Source: Haliotis rubra (taxonomy: Eukaryota). From it: a stretch of 64,000 nt of DNA. Below, one piece after another: positions 1 through 10,686 of the stretch; position 1 is the first letter of the stretch, and every line of letters begins with the position of its first letter. Location of the stretch: assembly GCF_003918875.1 (NCBI RefSeq), contig NW_025766953.1, positions 1-64,000 on the forward strand. Reading direction: 5' to 3'. A model generated the notes under the pieces. That model was not told the origin of the DNA, ran no database searches, and saw nothing but the letters and a program-made list of their open reading frames with translations. Both the position numbers and the translations under genes were made by a program.

Positions 1-346
1 GTGTCGAGATATATGAAACTCTTGTATCCACTATGACGTTAAAGTGTATAAACTAATGTTTTCTTCTCGGTCTTTACACATAAACTTTTGTACCAGCCGC
101 TGAACTGAACTAAACTGAACTTAACTGAAAAATACAACTTGGCTCGAACATATATCCTGATAAACCTTTCTAAATTAAAGAAGACTATCGCATTATGCAC
201 ATAACAGTTTCTACCAGGTACTGTTTGTTTTTGTATTTTAATGATGTAATGATATTACGATTTTTAATCCGGACATCGTGACATCTATATCGATGAAATT
301 CTTTGAATATAGCAGACGTATAAATGATATTTCATTCAAATTGCAG

Positions 347-1353
347 GTGGTTCATCCGATGCTTTATCATCGATCGTGTCAGTGACTGGCATTCAGTACT
401 CATCGTCCCCTCACTTTCTACCAGCTTCAGCGAATTCGTCAACCTACACTGTGTCATCGTCGGACAACATGGTGGCTTCTACAATCACGACTGAATCACG
501 TGTTGTTTCTGCAGCATCACCATCTATGGACAGTGTGGCCTCTTGGTCATCTCTGCTTTCAGACATCATGGGCTCGTCGCCCTCGCTTTTAGACCTTAGT
601 TCTTCGTCGCACGTATCCTCAGAAAGTATGCCGTTCATGAAGTCATCACCAGCTTCTTTGTACATTACACATGGTACCTCTTCTGGGAGCACCCATCCAT
701 TCATTTCATCATTAGTGCCTGATGCAGGAACTATGATATTAACATCTGCTTCTGACTTTAGAAACGTCTTGGAATCATCTACTATCTTCAATATGTACAC
801 GTCCCAAACAATCATCGACGATGTTACCCCATTACTTTCAAATCCTTTGCCTTCATCGCTGATGCTAACGTCCGCATCCTACTTCACTAACCCAGCCTCT
901 CTGATGGTTTCAACAGTTGTGAGTAGCACCATACCTAGCCAACTAGGCCTGACGACGACATGCACGTCTTGTACCCCATCCATACCCATGTCGGTCACTC
1001 CAGCAACATCATCAATATCTGTAAAATCCTCTTTGCCCAAGTCCTATTCGACAGCTTGCATATGTACATGTGCAGTCAACCTGGCTACAATGGACATAGT
1101 GATGATAACAGAAGAAATAAAGAAACGCCTCACTGTGCCAACACACAATCTCTCAAGCACAATACGGAAGAAAATTAGTGTCCGCGATGACAGACCAAGT
1201 GCTGTTACCATGGGTTCAGCTGGAATTGTTTTCATCGTCATTGCCACTCTTATTGTTACTGTGCCGGATATCTTAAATATGTTGCAGTTTGTCTGCGGTT
1301 TGGGATTCCAAAAGCCACGAGGAAAGTCTTCGCAAGACCAGAGTTATACCTAA
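347..1353 (+). CDS. Terminal coding exon of a Ser/Thr-rich (mucin-like stalk) single-pass membrane protein; upstream exons lie outside the window
   Basis: Acceptor ttgcag|gt at 346/347 (phase 1) continues in frame into ORF 376..1353. About 220 aa are S/T-rich, followed by CICTC, the motif EEIKKRLTV..NLSSTIRKKISVRDDRPSA, a hydrophobic segment (GSAGIVFIVIATLIVTV) and PD. AATAAA at 1811. Confidence 0.8.
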
Positions 1354-2317
1354 GTTCATGTCAAGCACCTGGGCCTCCTTTCACAAAGCACTAATGTGAT
1401 CACAAGTCACTAAGGTAACCTTAGTGCAATGTTAAAGAATGGAAGTTAAGGTTAACCTTAGTGAAGGTTGACCCAGTACATGTGTTGGTTGTGATGAACA
1501 TATACGTCATCCTTATGTGGACATTATATATTTTGAGATACACTATTGGACACATTGCTTCTTTAAGTAATACACGGGCGAGTTACAAATATTCTATAAT
1601 ACTGCTTCGCTGATCACGGTTGTCATAACATATGTACATAATCAATGACACATCTGACTCCGTTATTGTATCAACGCTTCAGCACAATGGCCGATGTGAG
1701 ACACTTCAAGCATTCCACAGAACGACGACCTATTGGCATCAATTTTTTATCTTAACATCTTTAAATTCTTGAAACTTGAAACCATTTAACGCTTTGTGTG
1801 CTGACGGAGGAATAAACCCGATCACATATACGTTTGGTTATCATATTGTTATAAACAAACACAATTCAAAGTGTGTGGTGAAGTTAAGTAATTGGCTGTC
1901 TCTGTAATATACTGTTAAAATATACAAAATCTGTCACTGCCACATCTGCACCCATGACATCTTCGAACTCGTTGTTTCTCTGCTCCCATGAAATCTTGGA
2001 GTTCAATACAAAACATCCCAATGCACTAGTATGACGTTCTAGATATTTCTTACACACGCGTGCTTCTATGAAATGAGTCCTTTTTAGCATTTTTAAAAAC
2101 AAAAACAAGCATACAGTCATGATCAAGCCCACGACTTACTCTTGCCGATTTGCCACACATGTAAACTTTAGAAAATATACACAACAAAAAACGTTTCTCC
2201 TAATGGGAACAGCAGCTCCGGTCAGAGACTTAACTGTGTTCAGATACAGTTGGAGGATATTATATGAGTGCCCATGTCATCGACACTATGCTTACGACAT
2301 GAGTGCCTAAATGTTGG

Positions 2318-2416
2318 TGAGTGAGTGAGTGAGTGAGTGAGTGAGAGAGTTTATTTTTACGCCGCACTCAGCAATATTCCAGCTATATGGCGGCGGTCTG
2401 TAAATAATCGTGTCTG
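2318..2416 (-). mobile_element. SINE-like family B, 3' fragment with (ACTC)n tail
   Basis: (gagt)n followed by ttttacgccgcactcagcaatattccagctatatggcggcggtctgtaaataatcg, the reverse complement of the family B 3' end at 55022-55266. Confidence 0.8.
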
Positions 2417-2734
2417 CCTAAATGTTGGTATTTTCCGAGCGAGAGCGAAACACCTTGCAAAAACATAGTTTCGTGTCTGAATGTGAGACCGAACAAATAT
2501 CCACAAACCTATACCACAAACACCACAACGCCTGTTTATATTTTGGTCCCCGAAAAGATAGCACGGTGGCTGAGCTAGGACTGAAGGTATTTTCATACAT
2601 TCGTGACCAGTTTGTGATATTCCGGAAAAAGCCGAATCGTTTCTTGCAGGCAACGGAAAAGGGCGAGTGGTGACGAATGCATTTTTGTATATCACGACAT
2701 TCTTCACCACTGTCTTCATAACACACAAGAGTGG

Positions 2735-2887
2735 GTGATTGAGTGAGTGTATTTTTAAGCTAACTATTCCATTATATTTTAACACTATTCCAGCAATATC
2801 ATGGTTGGCGTTATCAGAAATGGGTTCCTCACATTGTACCTATGTGGAGAATAGAACGCTTTAACACTAGGCTACCTCACCGCCCCC
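2735..2887 (-). mobile_element. tRNA-derived SINE family A, degenerate
   Basis: Reverse complement similar to 21206-21375 (ggggcggtgaggtagcctagtgttaaagcg...aggtacaatgtgaggaacccatttctg). Confidence 0.7.
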
Positions 2888-2942
2888 AATCAGACAAGAT
2901 GGTGTGTCGTCCCGGTATGCAGGAATGACAAATAGTACTGAT

Positions 2943-3369
2943 TAGAGTTGGGAATTGGTTGAAATCTCACAATTGATGATTATTTCATTACCAACGAACA
3001 ATCATCGAAAAAATTGGTTAGCGTCATTTTTCACATTTTCCTATCCAGGTTGTTCTTGCAGATATTTATAACATGATGCTACTTGCTACTTTAAAGTGAT
3101 GACTAATATATCATGAACATAAACTTCCCGGAGTCTTCAAGAAATATTCAGTCATGGCTTTTCAGTTAGTGAAGTGAGTTTTCTAAGAATTAAACACGTT
3201 TTCATGCCCTGACAACTTCAACGATATGCTCCATTGTCAAGTATTTCAAAGACTAAAACAGTAGTTCCAAAATCGTTTATGTTCGATTATGAGAAAATGT
3301 GATCGATTGCTTGGTCGTTTGGTCACTGCGATCAATCTTCGATTATTTCAATTAATCGGAACACCACTA
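2943..3369. mobile_element. hAT-type MITE
   Basis: TAG...CTA termini with imperfect TIRs; perfect 8-bp TSD gtactgat at 2935-2942 and 3370-3377. Confidence 0.7.
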
Positions 3370-3537
3370 GTACTGATTACAAATTTTTAAAATATCCAAT
3401 GTTCAATGTAGTCAATTTCTTTATTTCAGTACATATGTGGGCCAACGGCCCCTGGTACGACAGTCATTGGTCGCTTACACATAAGTAGATATAGGTATGT
3501 AGAGATGTACATGAGGTAGTTCTCTTTACTATAGCAT

Positions 3538-3760
3538 GACCTGTGAAGATCCATGTTTGTCGTTTTAAGAGGCGACTAACGGGATCGGGTGGTCAGGCTC
3601 CCTGACTTGGTTGACACATGTCATCGTATCCCAGTTGCGTAGATTGATGTTCATGCTGTTGATCACTGGATTGTCTGGTCCACACTCGATTATCTACAGA
3701 TCGCCGTCATACAGCTGGAATATTGCTGAGTGCGGCGTAAAACTAAAACTCACTCACTAC
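3538..3760 (+). mobile_element. SINE-like family B, internally deleted near 5' end
   Basis: gacctgtgaagatcc...taagaggcgactaacgggatcgggtggtcaggctc...gcggcgtaaaactaaaactcactcac. Confidence 0.85.
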
Positions 3761-4065
3761 TATAGTATGTCTAAGCTTCGAGGCGTGGGAAATGAAACAG
3801 GATAAATTTGTAACAACAGATGTTTGGTTAGAAGGCATAAGCATACTATATTTTGTAGTCACACATCCATGTCCAAAGATTAATAAATGAATTAAATTTT
3901 TAAAAAGATAAGTGATGACAACAGATGTTCGCATTCAGGGTAGGCATGTCAACCCACACATATTCCTGCCTACTTGCAATGCTTGCAATGCTTGCAATGC
4001 TTGAGAAAAACAACTTGATTAAAGATCAGGACACACTAAAACTTTTAACAATAGCAATTTGAGAA

Positions 4066-4163
4066 GGGTGGATTTTGTCCATTTTTGTGTTAAGAAGAGG
4101 TGGATTTTGTCCGGGGTGGCAATTTTGGGGTGGATTTTGTCCGGGTGGATTTTGTCCGGTCAC
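4066..4163. repeat. Cluster of ggtggattttgtcc motifs; probable subterminal repeats of a DNA transposon end
   Basis: Four copies of ggtggattttgtcc within 100 bp. Confidence 0.5.
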
Positions 4164-4350
4164 CTGCCTACCCATAACACAACCTGTCAGTCAGACAAGT
4201 GCGCGATGAGCAAGAAATGTAGACATAAGAGAGATCATTTACTGATTTTGATGGAATTAAACTCAAATTTCTGTTAATTTGTAACTACATATGCAAGTAA
4301 AGAGATTCTGCTGCTTGTAAGTAAAGAAGAAGAGAAACAATTCGCTTCAC

Positions 4351-4445
4351 AGTCAGCGAGCCTAACCACCAGATCCCGTTAGTCGCCTCTTTAAATACGA
4401 CAAGCATGGGTTGCTGAAGACCAATTCTAACCCCGATCTTCACGT
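4351..4445 (-). mobile_element. SINE-like family B, 5' fragment
   Basis: Reverse complement reads cgtgaagatcggggttagaattggtcttcagcaacccatgcttgtcg...gaggcgactaacgggatc. Confidence 0.8.
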
Positions 4446-5082
4446 ATCTTCAGTGATTGTGAGTCAGGAGGACAGGACAAGTTCAACATTTCGCGAATTA
4501 TCTGGTTTTACACGGAGAGAATAGTCACATAAAATTCAGATTAAAAATCTTGAGTGTAAACATATACACTAAAACTACAATGTATACAATGAGTGTGGAC
4601 GTGTTTCCAAAACAATATTCATGATGTGATATGAAGACTTACTTTATCTTCCGCCTTTACATGTCAAACATATATCTATTGTTTCATTATGAAACTGCAA
4701 TCTTATGCCCATGCAACTGATTATAGTTGGAACTATATATGTCAAAAGACTTCGGTTTTTTTCTGCTCCAAAATCTACTACACTACAGCTGTAAGCACCA
4801 TTCGCGACTGTCTCCTGCCAATCCGACACAAGCCGAATGTAAGGTCCGGAAAGGTGCGATTAGTGACGAATGTGATAAGCAAGTTGCAAACTGGAACCGA
4901 ATCCTTCCAGATATTGTATTTATGAAGCAGTTGTACGGTATTACTGAAAGACGGACGTTGCAAACCTGGTATAAGCCAATGTGTGTGTTCAAGTCACTTC
5001 AGTGCTGTGATCTAACAGTAACACCTGGTCCTACTACTGAGGTAAGGTGTGTGGAGTACGTGAGGCCACATAAACAATATTC

Positions 5083-8000
5083 GGAATAACAATCGGAATC
5101 GAAGAGACCCCGTGATTGGAATACTGGCGATGATATGACAACTGAAACAGGACATAACACTTAAAAATAGTACTGGATTAATACATTCTTTTTGACTAAA
5201 TTTCTGTTTTACACAGAGCTGGGCAGGTCATAAGGCAGTAAGTGTGCGCATCTTTAATTAGGATGTTCAACCGTGAAAGTGTCACTAACTTGTTATTATC
5301 TGTGTATCTGAGACAGACTACGACTCTTCTGTGTGTTTGTAAACATCACCACGTGTGTTTCTATTTTTAGTATATATTCACTGCGGATTTGACATCCGGG
5401 GGTTATTTAGTTATCTGTCAACAAACAGTCCTTACGTGAGTTGCAAACTAACTTATTACCTTTTCGACAAAAGTAAACCTGTCATATTTTTATACGCATT
5501 TATGTACAATCTATGTCATTTGTTAAGCGGACACGCATCTGCTTGAGGTTAACTCAGTCAGACTGGCAATGCGACTCTTGTCAATCATGTCCGACCTCGA
5601 CCTTGAGGTCATGTTTATGCTCTTATCAGCTGGCACACTCACTGCTGTAAGTTTCTACATTGGGTTTGAGAATAGAGCATCAATGCCTCTATTTTGGCTT
5701 TTATTTCTGTACATATTTTTTGGCTTTTATCTCTTGTGTTTTCTACCAAACACATGCAGCGCCTGCATGTTCACTACTTTACTTTCCTTTACATGTCTGT
5801 TCTGTACCACTTTATAGTTATGTTAAAGAAAAAATCTGTTCCCACTGTTTGAAAGTTGAACCAACATATCATTCACAACCAGCTTTTCCCTTTATATCCT
5901 GTATGAACTATCTTACTCTAAATCATGTTAATTTAAAAAATATATGTTTTTTTTTGCATCTGACTGTGGATAAAATTAAGAAAATTAGAATGGTTTCAGC
6001 TAACTGTAGAGGCCTAGCTGACACTAATAAAAGGAAAGAAGTTATGAATCTATACAGGAAAAAATCATATTCAATAATTTGTTTGCAGGACATCCATGTG
6101 GCTAAAGAAGATGTAAATAAAATTAAAAATGAATGGGGTTTGCAAAGTATAATTGCACCCTTTAGATCTAACTCTAGAGGGGTGGCTATACTCTTTAATA
6201 ATGACATTGATCTTACCATACACAGAACATTAGAGGATGAAAATGGTAATTATGTTATTGCTGATATAACTGTTGACGATAAAAGATTCACCCTTACAAA
6301 TCTATATGGACCTAACAATGATGACCCAAATTTTTATCTAAAACTTTTCAACAATGTTTGTAATTTTGATAATGAATCCATAGCTATTGTAGGGGATTGG
6401 AATTTGGTCATTGATCCTTCAGTTGATTTGGAAAATTATAAAAATATCAACAATCCTCAGGCTAGAAATATTGTATTAGACAAAATTGAATCCCTTGATC
6501 TTATAGATATTTGGAGAGAACTGAATCCTGATTTAAGAAAGTATACCTGGGTGAGAAAAAAGCCTAGACAACAAGCAAGGTTGGACTTTTTCTTAATTTC
6601 ACCAGACTTGGTTAATATTTCACTTGATTCTGATATCATACCTGGTTATAAAACAGATCATTCAGCCATTAGCTTTACTTTTTCAAACACTGTCAACCAA
6701 GAAAGAGGGAGGGGTTATTGGAAATTTAACACTTCCTTACTCTTACATACTGAATATGCTGATTTAGTAAGATCAATCTTGAGGGATACAATTGAAGAAT
6801 ATTTAGATACTGAACATAATGGTGAAAATGTTGATGATTCGGATATTAAATTGAAGATTGATGATAGCTTATTCTTGGAAACTTTTCTGATGAAAGTAAG
6901 AGGAAAATCAATCTCTTTTTCATCTTTTCTCAAAAAGAAAACAATAAATAAGACCAGTGAATTGGAAATTAAAATCAAAGACTGTGAAGATGATATTAGA
7001 AAAGATTTCCAAAATATTAATGAATCCCTACTAGCTGACCTTACAAAATTAAAATTGGAACTACAACAAATTAAAGAAGAAGAGATAAGAGGAATTCAAC
7101 TTAGAAACAGAATCTTATGGTATGAAGAAGGAGAAACAGCAACAAAATACTTCTGCCATTTAGAAAATAGAAATTATGTCAGCAAAGCAATAAATAGAGT
7201 TATTACAGATAAGAATGAGGAAATTACTGACAGTAAATCAATATTAAATGAACTGAAAGAATTTTATAAAAAACTTTATTCTTCAGACAAGAATTATAAA
7301 AATGATGACCACTTAGACAATGTAATAATTCCAATCTTGAGTGACCAATTTAGAGACAATTTGGAAAAAGAAATAGATATGAATGAAATATCATTTGCAG
7401 TAAAAGTATGAAGAATAACAAAGCCCTGGAATTGATGGATTTCTATAGATTTCTTCAAGTATTTTTGGAAAGAACTCAAAATTTGGATTTTTAGATTTAT
7501 CAATGATGTTTCAAGAAGAAATAACATGTCTCTTACCATGAAGAGAGGAGTTATCACTTGTATACCTAAAGCTAATAAAGATAGGGCCTTATTAAAGAAC
7601 TGGAGACCAATTACTTTATTAAATGCTTTGTATAAAATAATTAGTGCATGTATCTCTAACCGGTTAAAAATCACCTTAGACTCTTTGATACATAATAACC
7701 AGACTGGATTCATACCGGGTAGAACTCTTAGTGAAAATACAAGGTTATTATATGATCTTATATTTGAAACAAAGAAAAGAGATATTCCTGGTCTGCTGAT
7801 CTTAATTGACTTCAAAAAAGCTTTTGACACAGTTTCTAAAGAATTTATCAACTCTGTTTTACTAAAATTTGGTTTTGGGCCACAGATTATACGCTGGATT
7901 AATTTATTAACTTATGATACAACATCATGTGTTATTCAGAATGGACATCTCTGATTTCTTCCCTAATGAGCGGGTTGCAGGCAAGGTGACCCAATATCGC

Positions 8001-9924
8001 CATATTTGTTTCTTTTTGTAGCTGAAACCTTGGATGTATGATAAGACAAAATGATGATATAAAGGGTATTGTAATTGATGTTCAGGAATATAAATTAGGA
8101 CAATATGCTGATGATACTGAATTATTTTTGGATGGTTCAGATGAAAGTTTGTATGCTGCTATTGATATCATTAATACTTTTTACAATATGTCAGGGTTAA
8201 GAATAAATATCGATAAGACTAAAGCAATCTGGATAGGCTCAAATGCAGGTAGCAGAGATATGATTTGTGAAGATTTGAATATAGAATGGCAAAGAAAGGA
8301 ATTTGAAGTTTTGGGTATTAAATTCACACCTGATTTGGATGACTTATGGGTAATCAACACAAAAAAAAGACTCGAAGAAATTAACAGATTATTGGCAACA
8401 TGGAGAAAAAGACATCTCACACTGATTGGTAAAATCACAGTAATTAAAACATTGGCTCTTTCAAAACTGGTTCACATTTTCAATTCTTTACCTAATCCAC
8501 CTGATGAATTTATCACTTCCCTTGAGAGACTATTTTTCAGATTCATTTGGAACGACAAAAATGATAAAATTAAACGGAGCACTTTGAAAAGGATTATACA
8601 GAAGGGGTTTACATGATAGATATTAATACCTTTGTTAATGCCATGAAATTATCCACACTCAGACTCTATTTGAGAAAACAAATATGAGTAATCCATGCAA
8701 GTTTCCATTAAATGATATACTAAAATATGGAGCAAATTTTCAGAATATTGTTGAAATTGATAATCCTTTTTGGAAAGATGTTTTATTGGCATGGAAATTA
8801 TACTGTAATAAGAATGTCATAGAAGCAGACAACATTAAAGGAATTTTAGCACAACCTTTATGGCCGAATAATAATTTCAAAAACCCAAATCACTTTATCA
8901 GGCATTGGGCTAAAAATGGAATTTTAACAATTAAGGACCTTTGTAATGAAGATGGTTTTATGTCTCTTGAAGATCTGAAGTTCAAATTTGATATTAGAGG
9001 TACATATATGGATCTTCGATATGTTTTCTATATCATACCTGAATCATGGAAATTGACCATAAAACAATGCAGAAATATACATAACAATGATCTGGATGAT
9101 AACTTTCTTTATAAAGATTTTATGGATTCGAAAAAAGGTTCAAGATTATTTTATGATAAACTCTTATCTGACAATATTAAACCTCATATTTGCCTAAAAT
9201 GGGAAAAACTTATTTTACGATATTGATTTTTGATTGGCGTATGATTTTTAATATTTGCAGAAGGAATGTGAAAGATGTAAAACTTTTAGACTTTCAATTT
9301 AAATTTTTGCACAGAATTATTTATACAAAAAGAACTTATGAAAATGAAACTGGTTGACAATGCAGTATGTAGCCTTTGTAATGTTGATAGTGAAACTTTA
9401 TGTCATGTATATTGGGAATGTGTTGTAATCCAAACCTTCTGGAAGGAACTTGAAAACTGGATAATCCAAAATATACAGAAATTTGAAATAACAAAGACCT
9501 TGGTTTGGTTTGGAATTTTGGGTAATAAGCCATTACTAAATCATATAATCTTATCTGCTAAAAATATATATATACTTGCACTTTGAAGAAAATAATTCCA
9601 AAAGTTAATAATTTTTTAAAAATTTTGAAAGACATTTATACGGTTGAAAACTTCATATCCAGAAGGAACAATAAATCTGATCAATTTTCAGACAAATGGT
9701 TTCCTTTATTCTCAATATTTAATTTCTGACATAATCTTTAATGAAAGGGGAATAATTGTTACTGGAGTATATTCTCTCTATGCTATCAGTTGACCTAACA
9801 TTTGTGTTGAACCCAATGAACTTTGATCATGTATTTATGCATTTATTGCTTTACTTTATATGCTTGTACCTTAATTATGGGAACAAATAAAAAAGATTTT
9901 AAAAAAAACCCAAAAAAAACAAAC
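5083..9924 (+). mobile_element. 5'-truncated Tx1/L1-clade non-LTR retrotransposon
   Basis: 11-bp TSD aaacaatattc at 5072-5082 and 9925-9935; AATAAA plus A-rich tail at about 9886-9924; contains APE endonuclease and RT. Confidence 0.88.
5990..9729 (+). pseudogene. LINE ORF2 (L1-type APE endonuclease + reverse transcriptase + C-terminal Cys/His motif), frameshifted
   Basis: EN motifs SANCRGL, ICLQDIH, NLYGPN, VGDWN, ARLDFFLIS, TDHS, WKFNTSLL. RT motifs NWRPITLLN, QTGFIPGR, LIDFKKAFD, RQGDPISPYLF, QYADDT. CSLC..ETLCHVYWEC. Split over ORFs 5660..7411, 7526..7954, 8038..8616, 8684..9226 and 9338..9586. Confidence 0.93.
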
Positions 9925-10460
9925 AAACAATATTCTTGTTTCTCATCACTTTTTCACAAAACACATGGGTTGGGCGGGTGGAGTGTATTTTTACATTTTA
10001 TTTCATTTTATGTCCAAAAACCCCTTGATTTCTGTTGAGATTTACACATTTTCTCCGATAGAAAATAAAAAATTAGAAGTGTGAAAATTCATGCACATTT
10101 TGAGAGTTAAAGTTTCATTTCCTCTACTAAAAGTCTTGGAGTCGGGTCGAATTTTGGGTCGGGCGGTAGTGGGAAGGAAGAATATTTTTTATATATGGCC
10201 TAAAAATTTAACAATTACAGGTTGATTGGGCACTACCATAAATCCTTCAATAAGTGAATGGCTTAAAACAAATGATCCACTTTTCGATTAATAGGTAGAT
10301 TACATGATGAACCCTTTTCAATACTCACCATATAAAGGAAGCTGTTTTTGATGCATTAATTCTCATAATTCCCTGTTCAACAATCAGTCAATCTGTACAA
10401 TAATTGGGTTAATTAATCAGGCAATGTACAACATGTCTGGAAATTTTAGACAATGTACAC

Positions 10461-10632
10461 TGACTGACTGACTGACTGAGTTTGGTTTTACGCCGCTTTT
10501 AGCAATATCCCAGCAACATCACGGCGGGGGACACCAGAAATAGGCTTCACACATTGTATCCATGTGGGGATTCGAACCCGGGTCTTCGGCGTGACAAGCC
10601 AACGCTTTAACCATTAGGCTACCCCGCCGCCC
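10461..10632 (-). mobile_element. tRNA-derived SINE family A, full length, (CAGT)n-tail subfamily
   Basis: 13-bp TSD agacaatgtacac at 10448-10460 and 10633-10645; A/B-box head (ggttcgaatccc on - strand). Confidence 0.9.
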
Positions 10633-10686
10633 AGACAATGTACACAGTGACTAAGTGAATCGTAGACATTGACTGTAACATCTATA

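Larger units (their letters stand above)
5064..10200. mobile_element. PIF/Harbinger-like MITE (about 285 bp when rejoined) split by the LINE insertion
   Basis: Left end ggccacataaacaatattc (5064-5082) resumes as ttgtttctc at 9936. Right end aagaatattttttatatatggcc (to 10200) is its imperfect inverted repeat. Flanks tga/taa resemble a TWA TSD. Confidence 0.6.

Noticed and set aside
2357-2785. Overlapping 83-142 aa ORFs between two SINEs
   Set aside because: They partly run through SINE sequence and show no domain signal.
4727-5089. 120-aa ORF upstream of the LINE as candidate ORF1
   Set aside because: It lies outside the TSD-defined 5' end (5083) and has no convincing ORF1 motifs.
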